Source: an uncultured Faecalibacterium sp. | Lineage (GTDB): Bacteria > Bacillota > Clostridia > Christensenellales > Aristaeellaceae | DNA: 58,965 nucleotides | Direction of reading: 5' to 3' | NCBI GenBank assembly: GCA_964547515.1 | Contig: CAZJOA010000001.1 | Location: forward strand, 1 to 58,965 | Notes under the pieces: generated by a model | Databases searched by the model: none | What the model was told of the DNA's origin: nothing | Seen by the model: the letters and a program-made list of their open reading frames with translations, nothing else | Shown here: piece after piece, positions 1 through 9,777 of the stretch | How the letters are laid out: every line of letters starts with the position of its first letter | Numbering within the stretch: the first letter of the stretch is position 1 | Translations under genes and position numbers: made by a program

Positions 1-37
1 CAGTAGACGGACACTTTACGGTTTATGTAAAAAGCAC

Positions 38-66
38 TTGACATATAGGCGAAAGAATGTTACTAT
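38..66 (+). promoter_or_regulatory. sigma70-type promoter of the cas operon
   Basis: TTGACA (38-43), 17-nt spacer, TACTAT (61-66). Lies about 70 nt upstream of the cas3 ATG (138), with a G-rich SD at 121-128. Confidence 0.5.
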
Positions 67-137
67 CAATCTGTCGATTGGATCGTTTTTCTGTCTTCTG
101 TTACGTTCTTCCAGTGTGAGAAGGGGGGGGGACACAC

Positions 138-2516
138 ATGCATCCCGCGCACATTGCTGCCGCTCCGCATCCCTCCCAACGTGTTCAAACGTGCACAGAG
201 CATGTCCGTTCCGTCGCCGCGCTGGCGAAGGAGCATCTGTCCGCCGTGGGATTGTCCGCCACGGGGGAGATCACCGGGCTTCTGCACGATCAGGGCAAGT
301 TCACCGCGGAGTTCAGCGCCTATCTGGAGAAGGTCAGCCGTGGGGAAAAGGTCGCGCGGGGCAGCGTGATCCATAGCTTTGCGGGCGTTCGGTATGTGCT
401 GGAGCGCTTCCATTCGGCGGATGCCCCTTCGCCCCTGGGCGCATTGGCGGCCGAGCTCATCGCCGTGGGCATCGGCAGCCATCACGGCTTGTTCGATTTG
501 TGGGATGAGCGTCATCAAAGCGGCTTCGGCCATCGGCTCAGTCATCAGCCGGAATATGACAGGCGTGCCATCGAGGCCTTTCATGATGAATGCGCTTCGG
601 CGGATGCACTCTCCGCGCTTTTTCGCCAGGCCGAGCAGGAGATCACCGCGTTTTACATGCAGAAAATGTACCCGTGGATCAAGTCCGGTGACGAGATGCT
701 CTTCGCGCTCGGTCTGCTGGCACGGCTGATTACGTCCGCCGTGGTGGATGCCGATCGCACGGATACCCGCTGCTTCATGGAGGATCAGCCGCTGCCCGTG
801 GATGCTCCACCCGCGTGGGATGCCTGCGCCGAACGCCTTCGCGCGTATGTCGATGCGTTCCCTGCAGCCACACCCATTCAGCAGGCGCGCCGGGTCTTCT
901 CCGACTGCTGCGCCGATGCAGCACAGCAAGCCCCCGGCCTGTACCGGCTCGACCTGCCCACCGGCGGCGGAAAGACGCTGGCCGCGCTGCGGTTTGCCGT
1001 CCTCCACGCGCGGAAGCATCACATGCGCCGCGTTTTTTATATTGCGCCGCTGCTGTCGATCATCGACCAGAACGCCGAATCCATCCGGGAGGCCGTCGGG
1101 GACAGCGTCGCCGTGCTGGAGCACCATTCCAACATCGTCCGGGAGGGCTTGTCCTCCGAAAAGCTGAAGGAGACCGAGCTCCTCCAGGAGAACTGGGATG
1201 CGCCGCTGATCGTCACGACCCTCGTCCGCCTGCTGGAGACGCTCTTCAGCGGCAAAATGTCCTCCGTCCGACGCTTCCATTGCCTTTGCGGCAGTGTCCT
1301 CATCATCGATGAGGTGCAGTCCCTGCCGCCCCGGCTGCTCTCGCTGTTCAATGGCGCGGTCAATTTCCTGACGAAATGCTGCGGCGCGACCGTCGTGCTT
1401 TGTTCCGCGACCCAGCCCGCCTTCGACAGCGTGCATGTCCGGCACCGGATGCAGCCCGGCACGCGGCTGGTCAGCGAGGCGCTTTGCGACCGATACGCAC
1501 CGATCTTCCGCAGGACGGTCATCACGGATGCGGGGTCATGCGATCCGGACGAGCTGTCCGCCCGGGCGCTGGACATCCTCCGCACGAGCGACAGCCTGCT
1601 GATCGTCTGCAACACAAAGCGCGAGGCAGGGGAGCTGTACCGCCGTTTTGCGGATGCACCCGGCATCCGGTGCTTCCACCTGTCCGCCGGGATGTGCATG
1701 GCGCACCGCAAGCAGGTGCTTACCGACCTGGAGGGCGCATTGAACGCCCATGAGAAGCTGATCTGCGTGTCCACCCAGCTCATCGAGGCCGGTGTGGACC
1801 TTTCCTTCGGCAGCGTCATCCGCCTGTCTGCGGGGCTGGACAATATCGTGCAGACCGCCGGACGCTGCAACCGGCACGGCGAACACGATACGCCTCAGCC
1901 GGTGTATATCTGTCAGCTGAAGGACGAAAGGCTGGGTTCGCTGCGGGAGATCCGTCAGGCGCAGGACGCGCTGAATGCGCTGCTGGCGGAATTCAAGCGC
2001 GACCCGTCCCGCTATGGGGACGATCTGGCCTCCGATGCCGCCGTCCGCGACTATTATACCGCGCTGTATCACCCCATGCCCGAGAATTATCAGGATACGC
2101 CCGTGCAGGGGCACACCCTGTGGGAATGGCTGTCCGCCAATCAGCAGTTCAAGCCTGACAAAACAGCATTGCCTGCCTATCATCTGGGTCAGGCCTTCCG
2201 CACAGCAGGGGATGCCTTCAAAGTCTTTGATGATGAAAGCGTCAGCCTGCTTGTTCCCCATGCGGACGGCGCGGACATCATCGCCCGTCTGGCGGATGAG
2301 GGCAGCCTGGCGGACATGCGCCGGACCCGCGTGCTGCTGGACAAGGCCAAGCCCTACACCGTGTCCGTCAGCGCAGCGCAGATCGAGCGCATGATGAGAA
2401 AGGGCATGCTCTGCACGCTGCTGGAGGGCAGCATCCACATCCTGAACGGGGAATATTACGACGACCAAACCGGCCTGAAGGAGGGGAACGATTTTTGCAG
2501 CACCCTAATATTGTAG
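138..2516 (+). CDS. cas3: Cas3 HD-nuclease/helicase (type I-C)
   Basis: 792 aa. N-terminal HD motifs (LLHDQGKF, GSHHGLFD), Walker A LPTGGGKT, DEAD-like IIDEVQ, SAT-like CSATQP. First gene of a cas3-cas5-cas8c-cas7-cas4-cas1-cas2 row. Confidence 0.95.
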   Translation: MHPAHIAAAPHPSQRVQTCTEHVRSVAALAKEHLSAVGLSATGEITGLLHDQGKFTAEFSAYLEKVSRGEKVARGSVIHSFAGVRYVLERFHSADAPSPLGALAAELIAVGIGSHHGLFDLWDERHQSGFGHRLSHQPEYDRRAIEAFHDECASADALSALFRQAEQEITAFYMQKMYPWIKSGDEMLFALGLLARLITSAVVDADRTDTRCFMEDQPLPVDAPPAWDACAERLRAYVDAFPAATPIQQARRVFSDCCADAAQQAPGLYRLDLPTGGGKTLAALRFAVLHARKHHMRRVFYIAPLLSIIDQNAESIREAVGDSVAVLEHHSNIVREGLSSEKLKETELLQENWDAPLIVTTLVRLLETLFSGKMSSVRRFHCLCGSVLIIDEVQSLPPRLLSLFNGAVNFLTKCCGATVVLCSATQPAFDSVHVRHRMQPGTRLVSEALCDRYAPIFRRTVITDAGSCDPDELSARALDILRTSDSLLIVCNTKREAGELYRRFADAPGIRCFHLSAGMCMAHRKQVLTDLEGALNAHEKLICVSTQLIEAGVDLSFGSVIRLSAGLDNIVQTAGRCNRHGEHDTPQPVYICQLKDERLGSLREIRQAQDALNALLAEFKRDPSRYGDDLASDAAVRDYYTALYHPMPENYQDTPVQGHTLWEWLSANQQFKPDKTALPAYHLGQAFRTAGDAFKVFDDESVSLLVPHADGADIIARLADEGSLADMRRTRVLLDKAKPYTVSVSAAQIERMMRKGMLCTLLEGSIHILNGEYYDDQTGLKEGNDFCSTLIL

Positions 2517-3220
2517 AATTCGAGGTGTACGGCCCGTATGCGCTCTTTTCCGACCCGCTGATGCGCGTCGGCGGCGAAAAGAACAGCTACCAGGTGCCCA
2601 CCTGCGAAGCCCTCAAGGGCGTGCTTTCCTCGGTCTACTGGAAGCCCACCTTCATCTGGTACATCGACGAGGTGCGCGTCATGAACCGCATTCAGACCGA
2701 GGTGAAGAGCATCCGCCCCATCAAATACAACGGGGGCAACGATCTGGCGTACTACACCTACCTGAAGGACTGCCGGTATCAGGTGCGGGCGCATTTCGAG
2801 TGGAACGAGAACCGCCCCGAGCTCGCCGCCGACCGCAACGAACACAAGCATTATCTCATCGCGCGGCGCATGATCGAGCGCGGCGGCCGCCGGGATGTGT
2901 TCCTGGGTGCAAGGGAATGTCAGGCGTATGTCGAGCCCTGCGTCTTCGGTGAGGGCGCGGGGTACTATGATGACCTGCCCGCGCTGGCCTTCGGGGTGAT
3001 GTACCACGGCATGACCTATGCGGACGAGGCCTATTCGGACGAAACGCGCGGCAAAATGACCGTCAACCTGTTCCGCCCCGTGATGGAGCAGGGCATCATC
3101 CGCTTCCCCCGGCCGGAGGAATGCCCGATGCACAAGCCCATCAAGGACATGAAGATGAAGGTCTTCGGCGCAGAACAGGCGAACTTCTCCGGCCTGGCGG
3201 AATACGGGGAGGTGACGTGA
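2495..3220 (+). CDS. cas5: Cas5c/Cas5d pre-crRNA endoribonuclease (type I-C)
   Basis: 241 aa. VEFEVYGPYALFSDP...GGEKNSYQVPT..ALKGVL.S.YWKP closely resembles the remembered B. halodurans Cas5d N-terminus. TTG start preceded by GAAGGAGGGG. Confidence 0.9.
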   Translation: MQHPNIVEFEVYGPYALFSDPLMRVGGEKNSYQVPTCEALKGVLSSVYWKPTFIWYIDEVRVMNRIQTEVKSIRPIKYNGGNDLAYYTYLKDCRYQVRAHFEWNENRPELAADRNEHKHYLIARRMIERGGRRDVFLGARECQAYVEPCVFGEGAGYYDDLPALAFGVMYHGMTYADEAYSDETRGKMTVNLFRPVMEQGIIRFPRPEECPMHKPIKDMKMKVFGAEQANFSGLAEYGEVT

Positions 3221-4980
3221 TGGGTCTGATGCAGAAGGCGCTGGAGACCTACGAGGCCATGGCGCGCCGTGCCGGTGTCTACGAGGAAGGCAAAGAACCC
3301 CTCGCGCCCGTCGGACACATCGTGACCAAGGCGAATATCGAGATCACCATCGATGTGGACGGATGCTTCGTGTCCGCGCGGATGGCGGACAAGGACAGGA
3401 AAATCATCATCCCAGTGACAGAAGAATCCTCCGGGAGAACGAGCAGCCCGGCGGCACATCCGCTTTGTGAACAGCTTGGATACCTGCTTGAGACAGATGT
3501 GTCAAAGCATTCTCTGTATGTGCAGGGATTGGAAAAATGGGTGCACTCTGATTACGGCCATCCCAAAGCCGCAGCGGTGCTTCAATACATCCTTCGCGGA
3601 ACACTACGGAAAGATTTGCAAAACGCAGGCGTTCCTGTGGATAAAGACAAGGACCTGGTCTGCTGGCGTGTCGTGGGCGGCGGTCTGGAAACCAGCTCCG
3701 CCGTGTGGGAGGACATCTCCCTGATGGCGGCGTACACCGCCTGGTATCTCTCCCAGCAGGAGGGCGAGAAGCAGCTTTGCATGCTGACCGGCGAGGACAC
3801 CTTCATCACCTGGCAGCATTTGAAGGGCGCGTTCGCCCTGAACGGCAATGCGAAGATCATCTCCGCCAACGATTCGGCGAATTTCACCTACCGCGGACGC
3901 TTCGCCGAGCCGGAGGAAGCCGCTTCCATGGGGTACACGGCCTCCCAGAAGGCACATAACGCCCTGAAGTGGCTCATCAGCACCCAGGCCGTCATCCAGG
4001 GGAATCGCGCGTTCGTCGCGTGGAATCCCCGGGGCAAGACGATCCCCAAACCGACATTGCCCCTGCTCCCCATGGCGGAGGACGCGCCGTCCCTGCCGAC
4101 CTACAGGAGCTACCGCGTCGATCTGCGCAAAAGGCTGGCCGGATACAGCGCTTCCCTGGCGGCTGACGATCAGGTCGTCATCGCCGCCTTTGACGCGGCC
4201 ACCGCGGGACGGCTGGCCATCACCTATTACAACGAGCTGCTGGGTTCGGATTTCCTGGAGCGCCTCGCCCATTGGGAGGAGGGCTGCTGCTGGGCGTATA
4301 ATTACCGCAGCATCTCCAGTCCGACCCTGGCCTCCATCATCGATTTTGCCTTCGGGACACCGCGCGGCACGCCGGAGACCGTCAAGGCGGACACATCCGT
4401 CGTCGCGGGGCATATGCAGCGTCTGCTCGCGTGCCGCATCGATCAGGCGGCCTTCCCGCTGGACATCCTGCGGGCACTCGTCACCCGTGCGGGCAACCTG
4501 CAAATATACGGCAATACAAACCGGCGGAAGCTGCTCTACATCGCCTGCGCCGTCATCCGGAAATATCACCTCGACCACACGAAGGAGGCGTTTGACTTGG
4601 CACTTGAACCCGAACGCAAGGATCGCAGCTATCAATGGGGTCGTCTGCTGGCCGTCATGGAGAAAATCGAACGCGACACCTATGACGAAACCGAAAAGCG
4701 CGAGACCAATGCGATCCGCATGCAGTCCGTTTTCGTGCAGCGTCCCGGCTATGCCGCCAAGCTCATCATGGATCAGCTCAAAACGGCGTATTACCCCCGG
4801 CTGACCGTCGGCGCGCGCGTGCATTATGACCGCCTGATCGGCGAGATCATGGAGCAGCTGTCCCGGTTCGATCCCGCCGAATACGGCAAACCCCTGACGG
4901 AAACCTATCTGCCCGGCTATTACCTGCAAAAGAATGCGTTCTACACCAAAAAGTCCGAGGAAGAAACGGAGGAAGAATGA
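3220..4980 (+). CDS. cas8c: Cas8c (Csd1) large subunit
   Basis: Start taken at the in-frame ATG 3220, which overlaps the cas5 stop (GTGATGG). About 586 aa, at the position between cas5c and cas7c that is diagnostic of subtype I-C. Confidence 0.85.
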   Translation: MGLMQKALETYEAMARRAGVYEEGKEPLAPVGHIVTKANIEITIDVDGCFVSARMADKDRKIIIPVTEESSGRTSSPAAHPLCEQLGYLLETDVSKHSLYVQGLEKWVHSDYGHPKAAAVLQYILRGTLRKDLQNAGVPVDKDKDLVCWRVVGGGLETSSAVWEDISLMAAYTAWYLSQQEGEKQLCMLTGEDTFITWQHLKGAFALNGNAKIISANDSANFTYRGRFAEPEEAASMGYTASQKAHNALKWLISTQAVIQGNRAFVAWNPRGKTIPKPTLPLLPMAEDAPSLPTYRSYRVDLRKRLAGYSASLAADDQVVIAAFDAATAGRLAITYYNELLGSDFLERLAHWEEGCCWAYNYRSISSPTLASIIDFAFGTPRGTPETVKADTSVVAGHMQRLLACRIDQAAFPLDILRALVTRAGNLQIYGNTNRRKLLYIACAVIRKYHLDHTKEAFDLALEPERKDRSYQWGRLLAVMEKIERDTYDETEKRETNAIRMQSVFVQRPGYAAKLIMDQLKTAYYPRLTVGARVHYDRLIGEIMEQLSRFDPAEYGKPLTETYLPGYYLQKNAFYTKKSEEETEEE

Positions 4981-5822
4981 CCATGATGCTTGACAGGAAG
5001 ATCGACTTTGTCGTGCTGATCTCCGTCGCCAACGCCAACCCCAACGGCGACCCCCTCAATGGCAACCGTCCCCGGACGGATTACAAGGGCTTCGGCGAGA
5101 TGTCCGACGTGTGCATCAAGCGCAAGCTCCGCAACCGCATGCAGGATATGGGGCATGCGATCTTCGTTCAGTCCGACGACCGCTGCGACGATGGCTGCAT
5201 CAGCCTGAAGGCGCGTGCCAATGCGCTGAAGACCATCAAGAATCAGGACGAATTCGCCCGGACGGCCTGCGAGCAATGGCTGGATGTCCGCACCTTCGGG
5301 CAGGTCTTCGCGTTCAATGATTTCGGGTGCAAGTCCGTGGGCGTGCGCGGGCCGGTGTCCATCCATCAGGCGGTCAGCATCGACCCGGTGGATGCGTACT
5401 CCATCCAGATCACCAAGAGCGTCAGCGGCGAACGCAAAAACGAGTCCGAACGCGGCAGCGACACCATGGGCACGAAGCATTTCGTGCGCTTCGGGCTGTA
5501 TGAGGTGAAGGGCTCGATCAATGTGCAGCTGGCGGAGAAGACCGGCTTCACGCAGGAGGACGCACAGGTGGTGAAGGAGGCGCTGCGGACGCTCTTTGTC
5601 AACGATGCCTCCGCCGCCCGTCCCGATGGCAGCATGGAGGTCGTCCGCGTCTTCTGGTGGCAGCATAGCTGCAAGGACGGACAGTATTCCTCCGCGAAGG
5701 TGCACCGTCTGGTGCAGGTGAAATGCAAGGCAGGCGTGGATGTCCCCGCCTCGGTCGACGATTACGACATTCTTCTGGATGAACTGCCCGGCCTTGCCTG
5801 CGAAGTGATCGAGGGGATGTAA
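4977..5822 (+). CDS. cas7: Cas7c (Csd2) backbone subunit
   Basis: 281 aa. The DFVVLISVANANPNGDPLNGNRPR motif is typical of Csd2/Cas7. ATGA overlap with cas8c. Confidence 0.9.
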   Translation: MTMMLDRKIDFVVLISVANANPNGDPLNGNRPRTDYKGFGEMSDVCIKRKLRNRMQDMGHAIFVQSDDRCDDGCISLKARANALKTIKNQDEFARTACEQWLDVRTFGQVFAFNDFGCKSVGVRGPVSIHQAVSIDPVDAYSIQITKSVSGERKNESERGSDTMGTKHFVRFGLYEVKGSINVQLAEKTGFTQEDAQVVKEALRTLFVNDASAARPDGSMEVVRVFWWQHSCKDGQYSSAKVHRLVQVKCKAGVDVPASVDDYDILLDELPGLACEVIEGM

Positions 5823-5823
5823 T

Positions 5824-6477
5824 ATGCCCCGCGAGCCGCTCCAGCTTTCCGGCTTGCAGCATTTTGCGTATTGTCCGCGGCAGTGGGCGCTGATCCACCT
5901 GGAACAGCAATGGCAGGAGAATGAACGCACGGCGGACGGGCAGGTCTTCCACAGTCGGGCGCATGATGCGTCTGCACGGGAAATGCGCGGCGATCTGCTG
6001 ATCCTGCGCGGCCTGCGCGTGTTCTCGGACACATTGGGGGTCAGCGGGTTCTGCGATGTGGTGGAATTCCGCCGGTCGGACGAGGGCGTCCCCCTGCGCG
6101 GCCATGAAGGGCGCTGGCAGCCCTATCCCGTGGAATACAAGCGGGGCGAACCCAAACCCGGCAATGCCGATCGTCTTCAGCTATGCGCACAGGCCATGTG
6201 CCTGGAGGAAATGCTGCTGTGTGACATCCCGGAGGGCAGCCTGTACTATGGGGAAACGCGACGGCGGGAGAATGTTCTGCTGGACGCAGCGCTGCGTGCG
6301 GAGGTCGTCACAGCGCTGGAGCAAATGCACCGATATGCGCGCGCCGGTCACACGCCGAAGGCCAAGCCGACGAAGGGCTGCAACGCCTGTTCCCTGCGGG
6401 ACATCTGTGTCCCCAAGCTCGTCCGGACATCCGACGTGGCCTCCTATATCCGGGACAGATTGGAGGAGGACGGATGA
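5824..6477 (+). CDS. cas4: Cas4 RecB-like exonuclease with C-terminal Fe-S cysteines
   Basis: 217 aa. LSGLQHFAYCPRQW at the N-terminus, and C..C..C (CNACSLRDIC) at the C-terminus. Confidence 0.9.
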   Translation: MPREPLQLSGLQHFAYCPRQWALIHLEQQWQENERTADGQVFHSRAHDASAREMRGDLLILRGLRVFSDTLGVSGFCDVVEFRRSDEGVPLRGHEGRWQPYPVEYKRGEPKPGNADRLQLCAQAMCLEEMLLCDIPEGSLYYGETRRRENVLLDAALRAEVVTALEQMHRYARAGHTPKAKPTKGCNACSLRDICVPKLVRTSDVASYIRDRLEEDG

Positions 6478-7505
6478 GAAAGCTGCTGAACACCCTCTAC
6501 ATCACCAGCGAAGACCTTTTCCTGTCCTGCAAGAACGAGAATGTTGTCGTCAGCCGAGGGGGCGAGGCGGTGTCCCGTTTTCCTCTGCTGAACCTGGAAG
6601 GCATCGTGACCTTCTCCCATGCCGGGGCGACCCCTGCGCTGATGGGCGAATGCGCCCAACGCGGCATCCAGCTGACGTTCATGACCCCGAACGGGCGCTT
6701 TCTGGCGCGGGTGAACGGTATGAGCCAGGGCAATGTGCTGCTGCGCCGGGAGCAATACCGCATCGCGGACAGCGAAGCGCACAGCTGCCGGATCGCGCGC
6801 AACATGATTACCGGGAAGGTCTTCAACAGCCGCTGGGTGCTGGAGCGCACCCTGCGCGACCATGCCCTGCGGGTCGATCAGGCGCGTGTGAGGGAAGCCT
6901 CCGAACGGTTGCAGCAAGCCCTCCCGCTGATCCGGCAAACGGAGGAACTCGACATCCTGCGTGGCCTGGAGGGCGAATCCGCCGTGCAGTACTTCAGCGT
7001 ATTCGGCGAACTGATCCTCAGCCAAAGGGCGGACTTCCCCTTTGACGGCCGCAATCGCCGTCCTCCGCAGGACAACGTGAACGCAATGCTGTCCTTCGCC
7101 TACACCCTGCTGGCCAACGATTGCGCCGCCGCACTGGAAACGAACGGTCTGGATGCCTATGTCGGATTCTTGCACCGGGATCGTCCGGGGCGGAAGTCCC
7201 TTGCGCTCGATCTGGAGGAAGAGCTGCGAGCGCCCTTCGCAGACCGGCTGGTGCTGACGCTCATCAACAACCGCATCATCCAGGACAAGCACTTCGAACG
7301 TCAGGAAAGCGGTACGACCCTGCTGAATGACGCGGGGCGCAGGCTCTTTCTGAAGCACTGGCAGGAGAAAAAGCGCGATGAGATCACCCATCCCTACCTG
7401 AAGGAGAAAATGCCCTGGGGGCTGATCCCCCATGTGCAGGCGCTGCTGCTGGCACGCCATATCCGCGGGGATCTGGATGACTATCCGCCCTTCCTCTGGA
7501 AATGA
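6474..7505 (+). CDS. cas1: Cas1 integrase
   Basis: 343 aa. LNTLYIT..., the length, and the position before cas2 all fit Cas1. Overlaps the cas4 stop. Confidence 0.95.
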   Translation: MRKLLNTLYITSEDLFLSCKNENVVVSRGGEAVSRFPLLNLEGIVTFSHAGATPALMGECAQRGIQLTFMTPNGRFLARVNGMSQGNVLLRREQYRIADSEAHSCRIARNMITGKVFNSRWVLERTLRDHALRVDQARVREASERLQQALPLIRQTEELDILRGLEGESAVQYFSVFGELILSQRADFPFDGRNRRPPQDNVNAMLSFAYTLLANDCAAALETNGLDAYVGFLHRDRPGRKSLALDLEEELRAPFADRLVLTLINNRIIQDKHFERQESGTTLLNDAGRRLFLKHWQEKKRDEITHPYLKEKMPWGLIPHVQALLLARHIRGDLDDYPPFLWK

Positions 7506-7519
7506 CACAAGGAGGACAC

Positions 7520-7810
7520 ATGCTGATCCTCATCACCTACGATGTCAACACCACCACCGCCGCCGGGAAACGACGGCTGCGGATGGTCGCCAAGAAATGC
7601 GTCGCCCATGGCACACGCGTGCAGAATTCCGTCTTCGAATGCGTCCTGGATAACGCGCAGTTCAAGCTGCTCCGCCATGAGCTGGAGCAGACCATCGACC
7701 CGACCTGCGACAGCCTGCGGTTCTACACGCTGGGGAACAATTACCAGGGCAAGGTGACGCACATCGGCGCAAAGGAGACCTACGAAATCGAAGGCGAACT
7801 GATCCTCTGA
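7520..7810 (+). CDS. cas2: Cas2
   Basis: MLILITYDV...NSVFEC is a typical Cas2 N-terminus. ATG 7520 is preceded by AAGGAGG (7509-7515). The ORF track offers an alternative start at 7502. Confidence 0.9.
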   Translation: MLILITYDVNTTTAAGKRRLRMVAKKCVAHGTRVQNSVFECVLDNAQFKLLRHELEQTIDPTCDSLRFYTLGNNYQGKVTHIGAKETYEIEGELIL

Positions 7811-7949
7811 GCCGTGCGAACCGCCAGTGCACACAAAACCCCCGTTCGGTTCGCACCGCCTTGCGCCGGAATAGCGGGCGACTGCGCCCCTGTTCCGCGC
7901 CATCGCCCCGTTCATGCCGGGGCAAAATCGGTACTTTTTGTCGAAAACC

Positions 7950-7983
7950 ACCAATGACGCATGCGCGTGCGTTGGTTGTTTTT
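7950..7983 (+). terminator. terminator-like hairpin in the CRISPR leader, directly before the first repeat
   Basis: ACCAATGACGCA...TGCGTTGGT imperfect stem followed by TGTTTTTG. Confidence 0.3.
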
Positions 7984-7986
7984 GCT

Positions 7987-8020
7987 GTCCCACCCCGCTT
8001 GGGGGATGGAGGATAGAAAG
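7987..8020 (+). CRISPR. leader-proximal type I-C repeat with canonical 5' half and degenerate 3' half (proposed attL hybrid)
   Basis: GTCCCACCCCGCTTGGGGGATGGAGGATAGAAAG, 176 nt after the cas2 stop. Nucleotides 7988-8004 are identical to 20219-20235. The 3' part (GGATAGAAAG) only resembles the I-C handle GGATTGAAAT. Confidence 0.6.
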
Positions 8021-8043
8021 CAAACGAAATTGACCTGAGGACG

Positions 8044-8082
8044 AAAAAACGCCGCAATCCCAACGGTTTCAAGGGATTGCGG
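8044..8082 (-). terminator. rho-independent terminator downstream of the integrase gene
   Basis: CCGCAATCCC (8052-8061) pairs with GGGATTGCGG (8073-8082). On the minus strand the stem is followed by a T-run (A-run 8044-8049 on plus). Confidence 0.6.
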
Positions 8083-8173
8083 TTCCTTTGTGTTATGGGC
8101 GAATGGCATTGATTTTCACCAAAAATGGGCTGGTATTTCGAATAATTGCGTTGTGTAGCTTACCGCGTAGCTG

Positions 8174-9307
8174 TCACGAATCTTTTGTTTTAGAGGCGGC
8201 CGCGATTTTGTTGACCGCCTCGATGGCCTTGTCGTTGTTGATGGTGATATAGTGTTTCGCAGTCGTTGCGTAGTTGCGATGGCGCAGGACGTTTGCGATG
8301 ACGGACGGAGACACGCCGAGAAGCTCAAGCTCAGTCGCGGTGGTATGGCGGGAGGAGTACGGCCGAATCTCAGGGCGGATGTGCAGACGTTCCTTCATTT
8401 CCGCGAAACGCCGATAAAACGTTTTCTTCTCTATTCCGAGGACAAGCCCGGCACGGCTGGTGGATGTAGCGCAAAGGTCAGCGAGGACGGGAACGACGGA
8501 ATCCGACAGGACGATGGGACGTTCGCGGCGCTCTTTGGTTTTCAGGCCGCAGCCGATGATGGTATGCGCGTCCCAGTCGATCATGGAAGGCTTGAGCAGG
8601 AACAGCTCACCAGGCATCATGCCGGTGTAGATCATCAGGAGACACGCCGAGGCGATGCGATCACCGTCCCCGTAGGCGCGCCACAGCGTTTCGATTTCTG
8701 ACGGCGACCACGGGACGGTTTCTGCGGCATTGTTTTCCGGCAGTTGCAACATGGGGACAGGGTTGACCTGGACAAAACCATCTGCAAAGGCACGCTTGAA
8801 AAGGTTGGACATCAGATTTTTTACGTCCTTCGCAGTGTCATATTTCAGGCCGGAAATAGCCTGCTCCATATCCTGCAGTGTGACGGCGTCAATCTGTTAA
8901 TCGCCGAATGCCGGATCAATCCGACGGACAAAAGCTGTTTTGTATGCCATCATCGTGCCCATTCCGGGCTTCTTCCCCGGAGCATCAACATACTGCTGGT
9001 AGAGTTCCGCGACAGTCGGGTCTTTTTTTGTTTGTCTTTCCTCTATTCCTGCGATCACTGCGGACAGATATTCCTGCGCGTCTTTCTTCGTGCGGAAGCC
9101 GGACTTCACCTTACGCTTTTGCGCGCCATCGATAAAGCCGACAGTGTACGCCGCGCACCACCCGGGCCTGTCTGGCCGCTTGTAGACGCTGCCAAGGCCA
9201 TTGCCGTTTTTGCGAGGAGCACGGGCGGGTGGCGTTTGGCTGATACCGCACCAGCAACAGAAAGAGGCCCCTTCAGGGAGGGGCTTTTTGCATTTACGGC
9301 AGTTCAC
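8174..9307 (-). pseudogene. tyrosine integrase interrupted by an in-frame TAA
   Basis: ORFs 8897-9307 and 8174-8869 are in the same frame. The first holds an N-terminal zinc ribbon (CRKC...CCWC) plus arm/SAM-like region. The second holds the catalytic domain (...SRHTTAT...LRHRNYATTAKHYI). They are separated by a single TAA (8897-8899). Confidence 0.85.
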
Positions 9308-9327
9308 ATTATCACCTCAATGATATA

Positions 9328-9777
9328 TCAATTCTTTCCAAGCAGAATGCGGCCAAGATACCCAGCCTGTTTCAGCCGGATCAGAACCACCTCGGGGTGA
9401 GTCAAATCCCACAAAAACCATGCAACCACCGCGACCAGGGCGACGGCCAGGATGATGATCCACCGCAGACGTTGCCGTGCGAGCTTTTTCAACATCGCGA
9501 CCTGCTCTTGGTGCTGGTGGAGGACGACAGCCAGCACCTCGCGGGAGATGCAATCAGACGGCGGAGCATCCGGGGCGGGTGCTTCGGGCGGTGGTGGCAC
9601 GGACGGCGTTAAAAATGCGAGGAGTTGCGAGACGGTCCCGGTCTGCGCGCCGTCTCCGCGCATGATGCGCGAGATGGTCGTTGTGGATACGCCGCTGCCG
9701 TCGGCGATCTCCTGGTATGTGAAGCCGGATTGATCTATCAACAACCTGACGTGATCAATATCGACATGCTCCGACAT
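9328..9777 (-). CDS. membrane-anchored HTH (XRE-like) regulator
   Basis: 149 aa. N-terminal HTH (FTYQEIADGSGVSTTTISRIMRG), Pro-rich linker, C-terminal TM helix (WIIILAVALVAVVAWFLW). Confidence 0.6.
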   Translation of the reverse strand: MSEHVDIDHVRLLIDQSGFTYQEIADGSGVSTTTISRIMRGDGAQTGTVSQLLAFLTPSVPPPPEAPAPDAPPSDCISREVLAVVLHQHQEQVAMLKKLARQRLRWIIILAVALVAVVAWFLWDLTHPEVVLIRLKQAGYLGRILLGKN

